Assembly: GCA_963761615.1 (NCBI GenBank)
Contig: CAVXGU010000004.1
Location: 543,537-607,536 of the forward strand
Direction: 5' to 3'
Length of the DNA: 64,000 nucleotides
Source of the DNA: an uncultured Acidobacteriota bacterium
Lineage (GTDB): Bacteria > Acidobacteriota > Vicinamibacteria > Vicinamibacterales > CAVVIG01
Shown: positions 37,081 to 47,063 of the stretch, piece by piece
Layout: each line of letters opens with the position of its first letter
Position numbering within the stretch: the first letter of the stretch is position 1
Position numbers and translations under genes: made by a program
Notes under the pieces: generated by a model
Database searches by the model: none
What the model was told of the DNA's origin: nothing
The model's input: only the letters and a program-made list of their open reading frames with translations

Positions 37081-38349
37081 ATGACGACCGAGTTCGAACG
37101 GATGCTCGGGACCTACGGCGACCTCGCCGTCTCGGTCGGCCTCAACCTTCGGCCCGGGCAGCGCCTCCTCGTCATCGGCCCCATCGCGAACGGCGGCGCC
37201 TCCCTCGAGGCGGCGCCCCTGGTCCGGGCCATCGCCGCGAGCGCCTATCGAGCCGGCGCGCCCCTCGTCGAGACCCTGTGGGGCGACGAGGCGCTGCAGG
37301 TGACGCGCTTCCGCCATGCGCCGCGTGATTCCTTCGGCCAGGTGTCGCGCTGGCTCGCGCGCGCCCTGGTCGAACACGTCGAGTCGGGTGGGGCGACGCT
37401 GTCGGTCTACGCGAACGATCCGGATCAGCTCAAGGGCCAGCCGCCGGAGCTCATCGGCGCGCTCCAGCAGGCGACCGCTCGCAGCATCCAGCCCTTCCGC
37501 GAGCTGATCGCACGGAACCAGACGAACTGGACGGTCGTCGCGGCGGCGGGATCCGGCTGGGCGTCGCGCGTGTTCCCGTCCCTTCCCGCGCACGAGCAGG
37601 TGGAGCGGCTGTGGGAGCTGATCGTGCGGATGTGCCGGCTCGATCGGCCCGATCCCGTCGCGGCCTGGCAGGTCCACCTCGCCGAGCTCGCCGCACGGCG
37701 CGACTTTCTGAATGCGAAGCGCTATACCGCGCTGGAGTACACGGGACCCGGGACCCGCCTGACGATCGGGCTGCCCGAGGGCCATCTGTGGGTCGCCGGC
37801 CAGAGCACGAGCCAGACGGGCATCACCTTCGCGCCGAACCTTCCGACGGAGGAAGTCTTCACGATGCCGCACAGGGAGCGCGTGGACGGCACGGTCCGAT
37901 CCTCGAAGCCGCTCAGCTACGGCGGGACGCTCATCGAGGACTTCGCGCTGCGCTTCGAGGGCGGCCGGGTCGTGGAGGTGGAGGCGAAGTCGGGCCGGCA
38001 GATGCTGCAGCAGCTCGTCGACACCGATCCTGGGGCCGCGCGGCTGGGCGAGCTCGCGCTGGTGCCCCACAGCTCGCCCGTCTCGCAGGCGGGACGCCTG
38101 TTCTACAACACCCTGTTCGACGAGAACGCCGCCAGCCACCTGGCGCTGGGCGCGGCCTACAAGTTCACCCTCGAGGGCGGCGAGGACATGGACGCACAGG
38201 CGTTCGAGGCCGCCGGCGGGAACCGCAGCGCGACGCACGTGGACTTCATGATCGGCAGCGGGCAGCTGGACATCGACGGCGTCGCCCGCGACGGCCGGCC
38301 GGAACCGCTCATGAGGCGTGGTGAATGGGCGGAGAACATCGCCACGTAG
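37081..38349 (+). CDS. M29-family aminopeptidase (AmpS/PepS-like)
   Basis: Last 422 codons of ORF 36592..38349, starting MTTEFERMLGTYGDLAVSVGLNL. NLPTEEVFT, FDENAASHLALG, HVDFMIG motifs. Confidence 0.8.
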   Translation: MTTEFERMLGTYGDLAVSVGLNLRPGQRLLVIGPIANGGASLEAAPLVRAIAASAYRAGAPLVETLWGDEALQVTRFRHAPRDSFGQVSRWLARALVEHVESGGATLSVYANDPDQLKGQPPELIGALQQATARSIQPFRELIARNQTNWTVVAAAGSGWASRVFPSLPAHEQVERLWELIVRMCRLDRPDPVAAWQVHLAELAARRDFLNAKRYTALEYTGPGTRLTIGLPEGHLWVAGQSTSQTGITFAPNLPTEEVFTMPHRERVDGTVRSSKPLSYGGTLIEDFALRFEGGRVVEVEAKSGRQMLQQLVDTDPGAARLGELALVPHSSPVSQAGRLFYNTLFDENAASHLALGAAYKFTLEGGEDMDAQAFEAAGGNRSATHVDFMIGSGQLDIDGVARDGRPEPLMRRGEWAENIAT

Positions 38350-38355
38350 CCCGCC

Positions 38356-39264
38356 TCACCGATGCCGGATGAAGGTCCCCGTCCGCAGTTCGCCGAACGC
38401 CTGACGCAACTCCTCCTGGGTGTTCATCACGATCGGACCGCGCCACGCGACCGGCTCGCGCAGCGGACGGCCTGACACGAGCAGGAAGCGGATGCCCTGG
38501 TCGCCGGCCTGCACGGTCACGGCGTCGCCGCGGTCGAACAGCACGAGCGACCGGTTGCCCACTTCGTCCAGTCCCTGCGCCTCGCCGCCCGCGCCGACCT
38601 GCTCGGTCGGGACCGGCCGTGGATCGGAGGACTCGCGGAAGCTCCCGGAGCCGGCGAAGACGTAAGCGAACGCGTGGCGGTCCAGCTCGACCTTCAGGGT
38701 CTTCCTCCGGCCCGGCGGCACCGAGACGTCGAGGTAGCGCGGATCGGCGGCGATGCCTTCGACCGGGCCGCGCACGCCCCAGAAGTCCCCGCACACGACC
38801 CGCACCGTCGTGCCGTCGTCGTCGGTGACCGCGGGGATGTCCCCCGCGGCGATGTCCTGGTAGCGCGGGTGTGTCATCTTGAGGGCCGCCGGGAGGTTCG
38901 CCCACAGCTGGAAGCCGTGCATCCGGCCCTGCGGATCGCCCTTCGGCATCTCCTGGTGCAGGATGCCGCTGCCCGCCGTCATCCACTGGACGTCCCCAGC
39001 GCCGAGGGCGCCGCGATTGCCGAGGCTGTCGCCGTGCTCGACCGTCCCGGCGAGCACGTAGGTGATGGTCTCGATCCCGCGATGCGGATGCCACGGGAAT
39101 CCCGCCAGGTAGGCCTCCGGGTTGTCGTTCCGGAAGTCGTCCAGGAGCAGGAACGGATCGAACTCGTCGGTGTCGCCGAATCCGAACGCCCGGCGCAGGC
39201 GGACGCCCGCGCCTTCGAGGGTCGGCGTGGACTCGATGACACCCTTGACCGGTCGAATGGACAT
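38356..39264 (-). CDS. Pirin-family protein
   Basis: FPWHPHRGIETITYVLAGTVEHGDS cupin metal site. Bicupin length of 302 aa. Confidence 0.88.
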   Translation of the reverse strand: MSIRPVKGVIESTPTLEGAGVRLRRAFGFGDTDEFDPFLLLDDFRNDNPEAYLAGFPWHPHRGIETITYVLAGTVEHGDSLGNRGALGAGDVQWMTAGSGILHQEMPKGDPQGRMHGFQLWANLPAALKMTHPRYQDIAAGDIPAVTDDDGTTVRVVCGDFWGVRGPVEGIAADPRYLDVSVPPGRRKTLKVELDRHAFAYVFAGSGSFRESSDPRPVPTEQVGAGGEAQGLDEVGNRSLVLFDRGDAVTVQAGDQGIRFLLVSGRPLREPVAWRGPIVMNTQEELRQAFGELRTGTFIRHR

Positions 39265-39374
39265 ATCGTCTCTCGCCTCTGGGCTCTCGGCCCTGCGGCT
39301 CGCGCTTCTGTCGATCTCGGCGCCCCGGCCGCCCTATCTCAATAAGACTCGCCGGAGACGCTCGGGGATCCCGT

Positions 39375-40508
39375 TCATCGTCCAATCATCAGGATGGTGA
39401 ACGAGCCGGGGACGGCCGCGCCTCGACCGCCGCGCCCCCGGGGTGCGCCGGCGCGCGCCGGGGACGGCGGGCCGAACGTCTGCGACATCGTGAAGACGTG
39501 GCCGGTCTTCGTATCGAGCGCGATGGTCCGCGCGCCGTTCATCGTCTCCAGGTCCTGCTCCATCTCGAAGGACGTCGGACTCGTCTCCTTCACGACGGCG
39601 AGGCGTCCGTTGCCCAGCGTCGCGAAGGCTTCCATCGTCGCGGGATTGAACTGGGCGCCGTCGGATCCTCCCGGCAGCGGCAGGGTCGTCAGGATCTGTC
39701 CGTCCTTCGCGCTCATGACGATCATCGTGGGCTGCGCGGGCTGGCCTTGCGGCGGCGCCATGGACGAGGCCGCGCAGGCGATGAAGAGCACGCCGTTCTT
39801 CGCGTCGAGGGCGAGGCCGTTGCAGCGACCGCCCTTCGCCGCGAAGTCGTAGTGCGCCGTCGTCTTCATCGTCTTGACGTCGACGACCGCCACGTTCGAC
39901 TCGGCCTGCATCACCACGTAGAGCGTACCGCGACCGTCGGCCACACTCTGCTCCGGCGTGCCGCCGAGGTCGACGGTGCCGAGCACCGCGCCATCGGCGC
40001 CGTTGATGACGAGCGCGTTCTTCGTCGGGTGGCTGAAGACGTAGACGTGATCGTCGAACGCGTCGCAGTTGATGCCGTCGGCGCGGAAGCCCTCCGGCAC
40101 GTCGATCTTCTTGACGAGACGCAGCGTCTTGACGTCGAACATCGACAGGCTCGGATGGCTGCTGGCGAACCCGCGGCCGGTGCCCGGACAGACGGCCACG
40201 CCCTGGCCTCCCGTGTCGGGAATCTCGCCGACGGGCGCGAGCGTGTCGAGGTCGTAGGCCATGATGCGCTCGGCCGCCGCCGGAACGGCCGGGGTCGCAG
40301 CCGTCGCCGGGATCTCCCGGGTCGCACCCCGTGGAATGAAGAGACGCCGGTCGGCGACGTCTGCGTAGATGTAGTCCCAGCCTCCCTCTCCGCCGACGCT
40401 CGCTTGTTTGACCACCTTGTACGGACCGGCCGCCTGGGCCTGGGCGGCCAGACCGACGGCCCCCGAGAGAGCGGCGACCGCAATCGCCGACAGCAGCGCT
40501 GGACGCAT
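39375..40508 (-). CDS. YncE/YVTN-like beta-propeller repeat protein, exported
   Basis: Start MRPALLSAIAVAALSGAVGLAAQA with RBS GAGGAGG. Repeated propeller strands. C-terminal RGRGGRG low-complexity tail. Confidence 0.65.
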   Translation of the reverse strand: MRPALLSAIAVAALSGAVGLAAQAQAAGPYKVVKQASVGGEGGWDYIYADVADRRLFIPRGATREIPATAATPAVPAAAERIMAYDLDTLAPVGEIPDTGGQGVAVCPGTGRGFASSHPSLSMFDVKTLRLVKKIDVPEGFRADGINCDAFDDHVYVFSHPTKNALVINGADGAVLGTVDLGGTPEQSVADGRGTLYVVMQAESNVAVVDVKTMKTTAHYDFAAKGGRCNGLALDAKNGVLFIACAASSMAPPQGQPAQPTMIVMSAKDGQILTTLPLPGGSDGAQFNPATMEAFATLGNGRLAVVKETSPTSFEMEQDLETMNGARTIALDTKTGHVFTMSQTFGPPSPARAGAPRGRGGRGAAVPGSFTILMIGR

Positions 40509-40627
40509 GGCGAACCTCCTCGATGATGACGACAGGACGAGCCGGGACGCTCCGGAGGGCCTGCCCGACAATCCTACCCCTCTCGGCGGGGCGGCGGCGG
40601 ACGTATAATCCGCGCGTCGCCCGAGCC

Positions 40628-41716
40628 ATGTGCCTCCAGTCCCGCCGCGCGTTCCTGCAGACCATGGCCGTTGCGCTCGGGGCCGCGAGGCTTCGCGCGC
40701 AGGGGCCGCGCATCCGGACCATCGCCGGCACCGGTCAGGCCGGCTACGACCCTTCCATCGCCGACGCGCGCGCCACCCGCATCACCGATCCCTACGGCCT
40801 CGTCGTCGGTCCCGACGGCGCGCTGTACTTCGTCGAAGTGGATCCGGGGCGTACACGCCGGCTCGATCTCGCGTCGAGGCAGCTGACGACGATCGCCGGC
40901 AACGGCGAGAAGGGCTATCGGGGCGATGGCGGTCCGGCGCTCCAGGCCTCGTTCACGATGCCGCACGAGATCCGGTTCGACGCGGGCCGCAACCTGTTCC
41001 TGGTCGAGCGCGACGCCCACGTCGTCCGGCGTGTGGACGCGCGGACGGGCCTGGTTTCGACCGTCGCGGGCACCGGCACCCCGGGCTTCTCCGGCGACGG
41101 CGGCCCGGCGACGAAGGCGATGCTGCACCAGCCGCACAGCATCGCGTTCGATGCCCGCGGACGGCTGCTCATCTGCGACATCATGAACCGGCGCGTGCGC
41201 GTGGTCGACATGACGACGGGCCTCATCACGACGCTGGCCGGGACGGGCGAGAAGGGCGCCACGCCGGACGAGGGCGCCTTCGACGAAGTGCCGCTCAACG
41301 GCCCGCGCTCGCTCGACACCGATCCGGACGGGCACGTGTACCTGGTGCTGCGCGAGGGCAATGCCGTCTTCCGGATGGACCTGGCGGCGCGGCGGCTGCA
41401 TCGAATCGCGGGCACCGGCAAAACGGGCTTCTCGGGCGACGGCGGAGCGGCGATGACCGCGACCTTCAACGGCCCGAAGGGCATCGCGTACGCTGCCGAC
41501 GGCAGCTTGTACGTGGCCGATACGGAGAACCACGCGATTCGCCGCATCGATCGGCGCGGCATCCTCACCACCCTCGTCGGCACCGGTCAGCGCGGCGACG
41601 GTCCCGACGGCGACCCGCGGCAGTGCCGTCTGGCTCGCCCGCACGGCGTCTGTCATCACGGCGGCGTGCTCTACATCTCCGACAGCGAAAACAACCGCGT
41701 GCGGGCGCTCGCCTGA
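40628..41716 (+). CDS. NHL-repeat protein with a TAT-like signal
   Basis: MCLQSRRAFLQTMAVALGAARL. Six repeats of the type IAGTG..GFSGDGGPA....L..P.GIA.D..G.LY.AD..N..IR. Confidence 0.75.
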   Translation: MCLQSRRAFLQTMAVALGAARLRAQGPRIRTIAGTGQAGYDPSIADARATRITDPYGLVVGPDGALYFVEVDPGRTRRLDLASRQLTTIAGNGEKGYRGDGGPALQASFTMPHEIRFDAGRNLFLVERDAHVVRRVDARTGLVSTVAGTGTPGFSGDGGPATKAMLHQPHSIAFDARGRLLICDIMNRRVRVVDMTTGLITTLAGTGEKGATPDEGAFDEVPLNGPRSLDTDPDGHVYLVLREGNAVFRMDLAARRLHRIAGTGKTGFSGDGGAAMTATFNGPKGIAYAADGSLYVADTENHAIRRIDRRGILTTLVGTGQRGDGPDGDPRQCRLARPHGVCHHGGVLYISDSENNRVRALA

Positions 41717-41741
41717 CGCGGCTTCAGACTGGAAGGACCCG

Positions 41742-42821
41742 ATGACGAGGACTGGAAAGCTGTGGCTCGCGTGTGCCTTCGCGTGCCTCCTGCCGGCGGC
41801 CGCCCTCGCGCAGGCGCCCGCGCCGGCGCGCACGCCGGCCGCCTCCACGCCGGCTCAGGACGAGACGATCAAGGCGGGCGTGGCGCTGCACGACCAGGGC
41901 AAGTTCGACGAGGCCATCGCGAAGTACCAGACCGTGCTCGCCGAGAACCCCGACAACGTCACGGCGCAGTTCGAGATGGCGTTCTCGTATCTCGCGAAGA
42001 AGGACTTCACGAAGAGCCTCGAGGTCGCGCGGGCCGGTGCGGCCTACGACTCGGAGCTGCAGCCCGAGTTCTACGACCTGATGGCCGCCGCGCTCGACTC
42101 GAGCGGGCAGTCCGAGCAGGCGATCGACACCTACAAGAGAGGGATTGCGATCGCGCCGGGGGCGGGCTTCCTGTACTACAACATGGCCGTCACCTACCTG
42201 GAAAGCCTCAAGAACGAGCCGGACGCCCGACGCACGCTCGAGCAAGGCGTGGTCGCGGATCCCACGACGCCGTCCACGCACCTGCTCCTCGGCCAGCTCT
42301 TCCAGAAAGGCGGCTACCAGACGCCGGCGCTGCTCGCGCTGTCGACCTACCTCATCTACGAACCCGCGTCGGCGCAGTCCCTGCAGGGCTACGGCCTGTG
42401 GCGGATCGTGCTGCGCGGAGGGCTCGGCATGATGGGCGACATGATGCCGGGGCCCGGCGCTGTCGGTCCGTCGAAGACCGACGAAGGCAACTTCGCGGAG
42501 GTGGACGCGCAGCTGGCGCCCAGCTATCAGGCGCTGGTGGCGGCGCAGGGGCAGGGCACGGACGAGATCCGGGCCCTCGTCGTGCAGATGGACCGCATCC
42601 TCGCCGCCGTGCAGGCGTCGGCCGCGAAGGGCGGGTCGTCGTTCGTCGGCTCGCACTACGTGCCCTACTTCGTGGAGCTGAAGCGCCGGGACCTCGTGGA
42701 GCCGTTCGTCTACTGGGTGTGCCAGAACGCGCCGATCACGGGCGTCCGCGACTGGCTCGTCGCGAACCCCGATCGCGTCAAGGCATTCGTGGAATGGACG
42801 AGGGGATACAAGTGGAACTGA
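41742..42821 (+). CDS. TPR-repeat exported protein
   Basis: Signal peptide. TPR-like units include GKFDEAIAKYQTVLAENPDNVTAQFEMAFSYLAKKDF. Confidence 0.7.
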   Translation: MTRTGKLWLACAFACLLPAAALAQAPAPARTPAASTPAQDETIKAGVALHDQGKFDEAIAKYQTVLAENPDNVTAQFEMAFSYLAKKDFTKSLEVARAGAAYDSELQPEFYDLMAAALDSSGQSEQAIDTYKRGIAIAPGAGFLYYNMAVTYLESLKNEPDARRTLEQGVVADPTTPSTHLLLGQLFQKGGYQTPALLALSTYLIYEPASAQSLQGYGLWRIVLRGGLGMMGDMMPGPGAVGPSKTDEGNFAEVDAQLAPSYQALVAAQGQGTDEIRALVVQMDRILAAVQASAAKGGSSFVGSHYVPYFVELKRRDLVEPFVYWVCQNAPITGVRDWLVANPDRVKAFVEWTRGYKWN

Positions 42822-42872
42822 GGCGCTCGGGAACCGGGGAACTGAGGAACCGGGGGTGATAATCTGGGCGAC

Positions 42873-45497
42873 ATGTGCCCCTTGCGGCGACGGGCCGCGC
42901 TCCCGTGCGTCGGTCTGGCGCTCGTCGCGTGCCTTCTTGCCCGTCCGGTCCTCGCGCAGCGGCTCCCGACGACCGTCGTCCCTTCGCACTACGACCTCGC
43001 CCTGTCGGTCGATCTGCAACACGAGCGGTTCGACGGCGACGAGACGATTCAGGTGGACGTCCGTGAGCCGGGCGCGTCCATCGTTCTCAACGCCAACGGC
43101 CTCGACTTTCACGAGGTGACGATCGACACCGGCGCCGGGCCGCGGCCGGCGACGGTGACGCTCGACCGGACGCGTCAGACGGCGACGCTGACCCCGCCCG
43201 GCGCGGTGCCGCAGGGGCCGGCGACGATTCGGATCCGGTACGGCGCGCCGCTCGACCACGACCTCCGCGGCTTCTACGTGAGCAGGGGCAACGGCCGCAC
43301 CTACGCGGTGACGCAGTTCGAGTCGACCGACGCCCGCCGCGCGTTTCCCTGCTTCGACGAGCCGGCGTTCAAGGCGACCTTCTCCCTGTCGGTCGCGATC
43401 GACGCCGGCGACACGGCGATCTCGAACGGCCGGGTGGTCTCGGACACGCCCGGCCCCGGTCGGGGCCGGCACACGATCCGGTTCTCGACCTCGCCGAAGA
43501 TGTCCTCCTATCTCGTGGCGATGGCCGTCGGCGACTTCGCGTGCCGCGCCGGCACGGCCGACGGGATCCCGGTCCGCGTGTGCGCGCCGCCGGACAAGCG
43601 GGATCTGACCGCCCTGGCGCTCGAGGACGCCGAGCACATCCTCTCGTTCTACGACTCGTACTTCACGATCAAGTACCCGTACGGCAAGCTCGACCTCCTC
43701 GCCGTGCCGGACTTCGCCGCAGGCGCCATGGAGAACACGGGGGCCATCTTCTTCCGGGAGACCGAACTGCTCGCCGACGCGAAGACGGCGTCGGTCGGCG
43801 TCCAGGAGGGCATCGCGTCGACGGTGGCGCACGAGATGGCCCACCAGTGGTTCGGCGATCTCGTCACGATGGCGTGGTGGAACGACATCTGGCTGAACGA
43901 AGGCTTCGCGACGTGGATGGCCAACCATCCGCTCGCGGCGTGGAAGCCGGAGTGGAACGTCCCGGTGGACGAGGAAGACGAAGACCAGGAGGCGCTGGGC
44001 CTGGACGCTCTCGGATCCACGCGGCCGGTGAGTGCCGAGGTGAGCACGCCGGCCCAGATCGAGGCCGCGTTCGACCAGACCATCTACGTCAAGGGCGCCG
44101 CGATCCTGCGCATGGTCGAGAGCTACGTGGGGCCGGACACCTTCCGCCAGGGCGTCAACGCGTACCTGGAGGCGCACGCCTACGGCAACGCGACGTCCGC
44201 CGACTTCTGGAACGCGATTGCCGGCGCCTCCGGCAAGCCGGTCGACGGCATCTTCCGAAGCTTTCTCACCCAGCCCGGCGCCCCGCTCGTCGGCGTGTCG
44301 TCCCGCTGCCGGGACGGCCGGATGCAGGTGACCCTCGAACAGCGCCGGTACGGCGCGGCGGCGGGCGGCGGCGCGGACGAGCTGTGGCAGATTCCGGTGT
44401 GCCTGCGCCGCGACGGCCAGACGGGCGCGTCGTGCCGTCTCCTGTCCCGCCCCTCCCTCACGGTGGACGCCGGGGCCGGCTGCGACGCGTGGCTGCTGGC
44501 GAACGCGGGCGGGCAGGGGTACTACCGGACGGCGTACGCGCCGGAGATGCTGCAGGCCCTCACGCCCGTCGTGGAGACCAGGTTGACCGGGCCCGAACGC
44601 CTGTCCCTCGTGGCCGACGAGTGGGCGCTCGTGCGGTCGGGGATGCAGAGCGCGGGCGCCTACCTCGGCCTCGCGTCCGGATATGCCCGCGAGCCGCTGT
44701 CGGGCGTGCTCGACGAGGTGATGGGCCGCCTCGGGTTCATCGAGCAGTACCTGACGACGGACGCCACGCGGTCGTCGCTTTCGGCGGTCATCCGGTCGAC
44801 GTGGGGGCCCGTGCTCGACGATCTCGGCTTCGTCGCGCGTGCGGGAGACAGCGACGAGACGCGGTCCCTTCGGGCGGTCGTGATCGGCATCCTCGGCGGG
44901 CCCGGAGGCGACGACGAGGTCGCGACCCGGGCACGGGCGGCGCTCGACCGGGCGCTGTCCGGCGGCGCGCCGCTCGAACCCGAGCTGGCATCGGTCGAAG
45001 TGTCGGTGGCGGCGTCCCGCGGCGACGAGGCGCTGTTCGACAAGCTCGCGATCACGGCGGCGAGCTCGAAGGATCCCGAGGATCATTACCGCTACCTGTA
45101 CGCGCTGACCCGGTTCCGCGACCCCGCGCTGATCGATCGGGCGCTCGACCGCGTCCTCACCCCGGATATCCGCGACCAGGACGCCTGGCTGTATCTCGCA
45201 CGCTTCTTCCAGAACCCGGCCGCACGGGCGCGCGCGTGGGCCTTCGCGAAGGAGCACTGGACCCGGCTCGAGCCCAGACTGCACGTCGCGGAAGCCGCCG
45301 CCGGCTTCATCGGATCGCTCGGCTCCTTCTGCGACGCCGGCACCCGCCGCGACATCCAGTCGTTCTTCGCGGCGCATCCGCAGCCGGTCGCGGAGAAAGC
45401 GCTCGGCCAGACGCTGGAGCGTATCGACCAGTGCATCGCCCTCGAGGCGCAGCAGACGCCGACGGTCACGCAGTGGCTCGAGGGGAGAGGGAAGTGA
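42873..45497 (+). CDS. pepN: M1-family aminopeptidase N, exported
   Basis: GAMEN exopeptidase motif, and HEMAHQWFGDLVTMAWWNDIWLNEGFA (HExxH-x18-E). 874 aa with a signal peptide. Confidence 0.9.
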   Translation: MCPLRRRAALPCVGLALVACLLARPVLAQRLPTTVVPSHYDLALSVDLQHERFDGDETIQVDVREPGASIVLNANGLDFHEVTIDTGAGPRPATVTLDRTRQTATLTPPGAVPQGPATIRIRYGAPLDHDLRGFYVSRGNGRTYAVTQFESTDARRAFPCFDEPAFKATFSLSVAIDAGDTAISNGRVVSDTPGPGRGRHTIRFSTSPKMSSYLVAMAVGDFACRAGTADGIPVRVCAPPDKRDLTALALEDAEHILSFYDSYFTIKYPYGKLDLLAVPDFAAGAMENTGAIFFRETELLADAKTASVGVQEGIASTVAHEMAHQWFGDLVTMAWWNDIWLNEGFATWMANHPLAAWKPEWNVPVDEEDEDQEALGLDALGSTRPVSAEVSTPAQIEAAFDQTIYVKGAAILRMVESYVGPDTFRQGVNAYLEAHAYGNATSADFWNAIAGASGKPVDGIFRSFLTQPGAPLVGVSSRCRDGRMQVTLEQRRYGAAAGGGADELWQIPVCLRRDGQTGASCRLLSRPSLTVDAGAGCDAWLLANAGGQGYYRTAYAPEMLQALTPVVETRLTGPERLSLVADEWALVRSGMQSAGAYLGLASGYAREPLSGVLDEVMGRLGFIEQYLTTDATRSSLSAVIRSTWGPVLDDLGFVARAGDSDETRSLRAVVIGILGGPGGDDEVATRARAALDRALSGGAPLEPELASVEVSVAASRGDEALFDKLAITAASSKDPEDHYRYLYALTRFRDPALIDRALDRVLTPDIRDQDAWLYLARFFQNPAARARAWAFAKEHWTRLEPRLHVAEAAAGFIGSLGSFCDAGTRRDIQSFFAAHPQPVAEKALGQTLERIDQCIALEAQQTPTVTQWLEGRGK

Positions 45498-45506
45498 GAC
45501 GGGGGA

Positions 45507-45567
45507 GAGAACCTAGAGAACCCCGAGAACCTTGAGAACCCCGAGAACCCCGAGAAGCCCGAGACTC
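45507..45567 (+). repeat. Seven tandem 9-nt units (GAGAACCnn) filling the pepN-pfp spacer
   Basis: gagaacc ta gagaacc cc gagaacc tt gagaacc cc gagaacc cc gagaagc cc gagactc, ending 2 nt before ATG 45570. Confidence 0.85.
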
Positions 45568-45569
45568 GC

Positions 45570-46904
45570 ATGGAACACCACAAGAACCTCGCCATCCTGG
45601 TGGGCGGAGGGCCCGCGCCAGGGATCAACAGCGTCATCGGCGCCGCGACGATCCGCGCGTGCCTGGAAGGGCTGGACGTGCTCGGCCTCCGCGACGGCTT
45701 CGAGTGGGTCATGCGGGGCGACATCGAGCACGTGACGCCGCTGACCATCGACGCCGTGAGCCGGATCCACTTCCGCGGCGGCTCGCACATCGGGATCTCG
45801 CGCGCGAATCCGACGACGAAGCCCGAGTATCTGGAGGCCACGATCACGTCGCTGCTGCGGCTGAACGTCTCGCAGCTCATCACGATCGGCGGCGACGACA
45901 CCGCCTACTCGGCGATGATGCTCGAACGCCATGCCCACGGGCGCCTGCGCGTGGTCCACGTGCCGAAGACCATCGACAACGACCTCGAGCTGCCGTCGCA
46001 CATCGACACCTTCGGGTTTCAGACCGCCCGGCACGTCGGCGTGGAGATCGTGAAGAACCTCATGGTCGACGCGAAGACGACCTCCCGCTGGTACTTCGTG
46101 ATCGCGATGGGGCGCAAGGCGGGGCACCTGGCGCTCGGGATCGGCAAGGCCGCGGGCGCGACGCTGACGCTCATCAACGAGGAGTTCCCGCGTCCGCTCC
46201 GGCTGAAGACGATCGTCGACACCCTCGTCGGCGCGATCATCAAGCGCCTGAGCTACGGCCGGCGCGACGGCGTGGCGATCATCGCCGAGGGCGTCGTCCT
46301 GGACGTGGCCACCGAGGATCTCGAGGGCCTGCGTGACGTCGAGCGCGACGCGCACGGCAACCTCCGGATCGCCGAGGTCAATCTGGGCGAGATCATCAAG
46401 GCCCAGGTGCAGCAGCGCCTCAGGAGCTTCGGGATCAAGACGACCGTCGTGGCGAAGAACATCGGGTACGAGCTGCGCTGCGCCGACCCGGTGCCGTTCG
46501 ACATGGAGTACACGCGGGATCTCGGCTACTGCGCCGCGAAGTACCTCATCGCCGGCGGCAACGCCGCGATGGTGTCGCTCGACGGCGGGCACTTCGTGCC
46601 GGTGCCCTTCGAGAAGCTCATCGACGCCGAGACCGGGCGCGCGCGCGTCCGCCTGGTGAACGTGGCCTCGACCCGCTACGCCATCGCGCGGCGCTACATG
46701 ATCCGCCTGCGCCGCGACGACTTCGAAGACCCGCACGAGCTCGCCAAGCTCGCCGCGGTCGCGGGGGTCCCCCTCGAGGAGTTCCAGCGACAGTTCGAAT
46801 ACCTCGCCGGGTTCGAGCCCCCACCCCTCGTGATGGATGAGCACGGCGAGAAGCTCGGCGATCAGGAACTGAGGAACGAAGCGACGAAGAACCTGAGGAA
46901 CTGA
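45570..46904 (+). CDS. pfp: 6-phosphofructokinase, probably PPi-dependent
   Basis: PFK fold motifs GGGPAPGIN, IGGDDT and VPKTIDND. The Asp in GGDD and the Lys in PKTIDND are the residues known to distinguish PPi- from ATP-dependent PFKs. Confidence 0.75.
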   Translation: MEHHKNLAILVGGGPAPGINSVIGAATIRACLEGLDVLGLRDGFEWVMRGDIEHVTPLTIDAVSRIHFRGGSHIGISRANPTTKPEYLEATITSLLRLNVSQLITIGGDDTAYSAMMLERHAHGRLRVVHVPKTIDNDLELPSHIDTFGFQTARHVGVEIVKNLMVDAKTTSRWYFVIAMGRKAGHLALGIGKAAGATLTLINEEFPRPLRLKTIVDTLVGAIIKRLSYGRRDGVAIIAEGVVLDVATEDLEGLRDVERDAHGNLRIAEVNLGEIIKAQVQQRLRSFGIKTTVVAKNIGYELRCADPVPFDMEYTRDLGYCAAKYLIAGGNAAMVSLDGGHFVPVPFEKLIDAETGRARVRLVNVASTRYAIARRYMIRLRRDDFEDPHELAKLAAVAGVPLEEFQRQFEYLAGFEPPPLVMDEHGEKLGDQELRNEATKNLRN

Positions 46905-47063
46905 GGGACGCTCCCCCGCCTCCCGCGCGTCACGACGCCGTCACTTCACCGCGACCGTCACCCTGACGGTGATCGGCACTTCCGCCGCGGCGCAGTCGAG
47001 GAGCGTCGGACTGAATTGCCATTGACGTGAGGCGCGGAGGAGTCGGGCGCCTGGGCGCGGCGG

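Noticed and set aside
42855-42875. gtgataat box 10 nt upstream of the pepN ATG, suggesting a leaderless transcript
   Set aside because: This is a single -10-like hexamer with no -35 and no supporting conservation. That is too weak to call without 5'-end mapping.
41724-45377. 1217-aa minus-strand ORF, the longest in the track
   Set aside because: It is antisense to the pepN and TPR genes. Its composition is dominated by Arg/Gly/Pro/Ala/Asp/Glu runs with no motifs. The plus strand carries an unmistakable M1 aminopeptidase (GAMEN, HEMAH-x18-E). This is a typical shadow ORF of GC-rich DNA.
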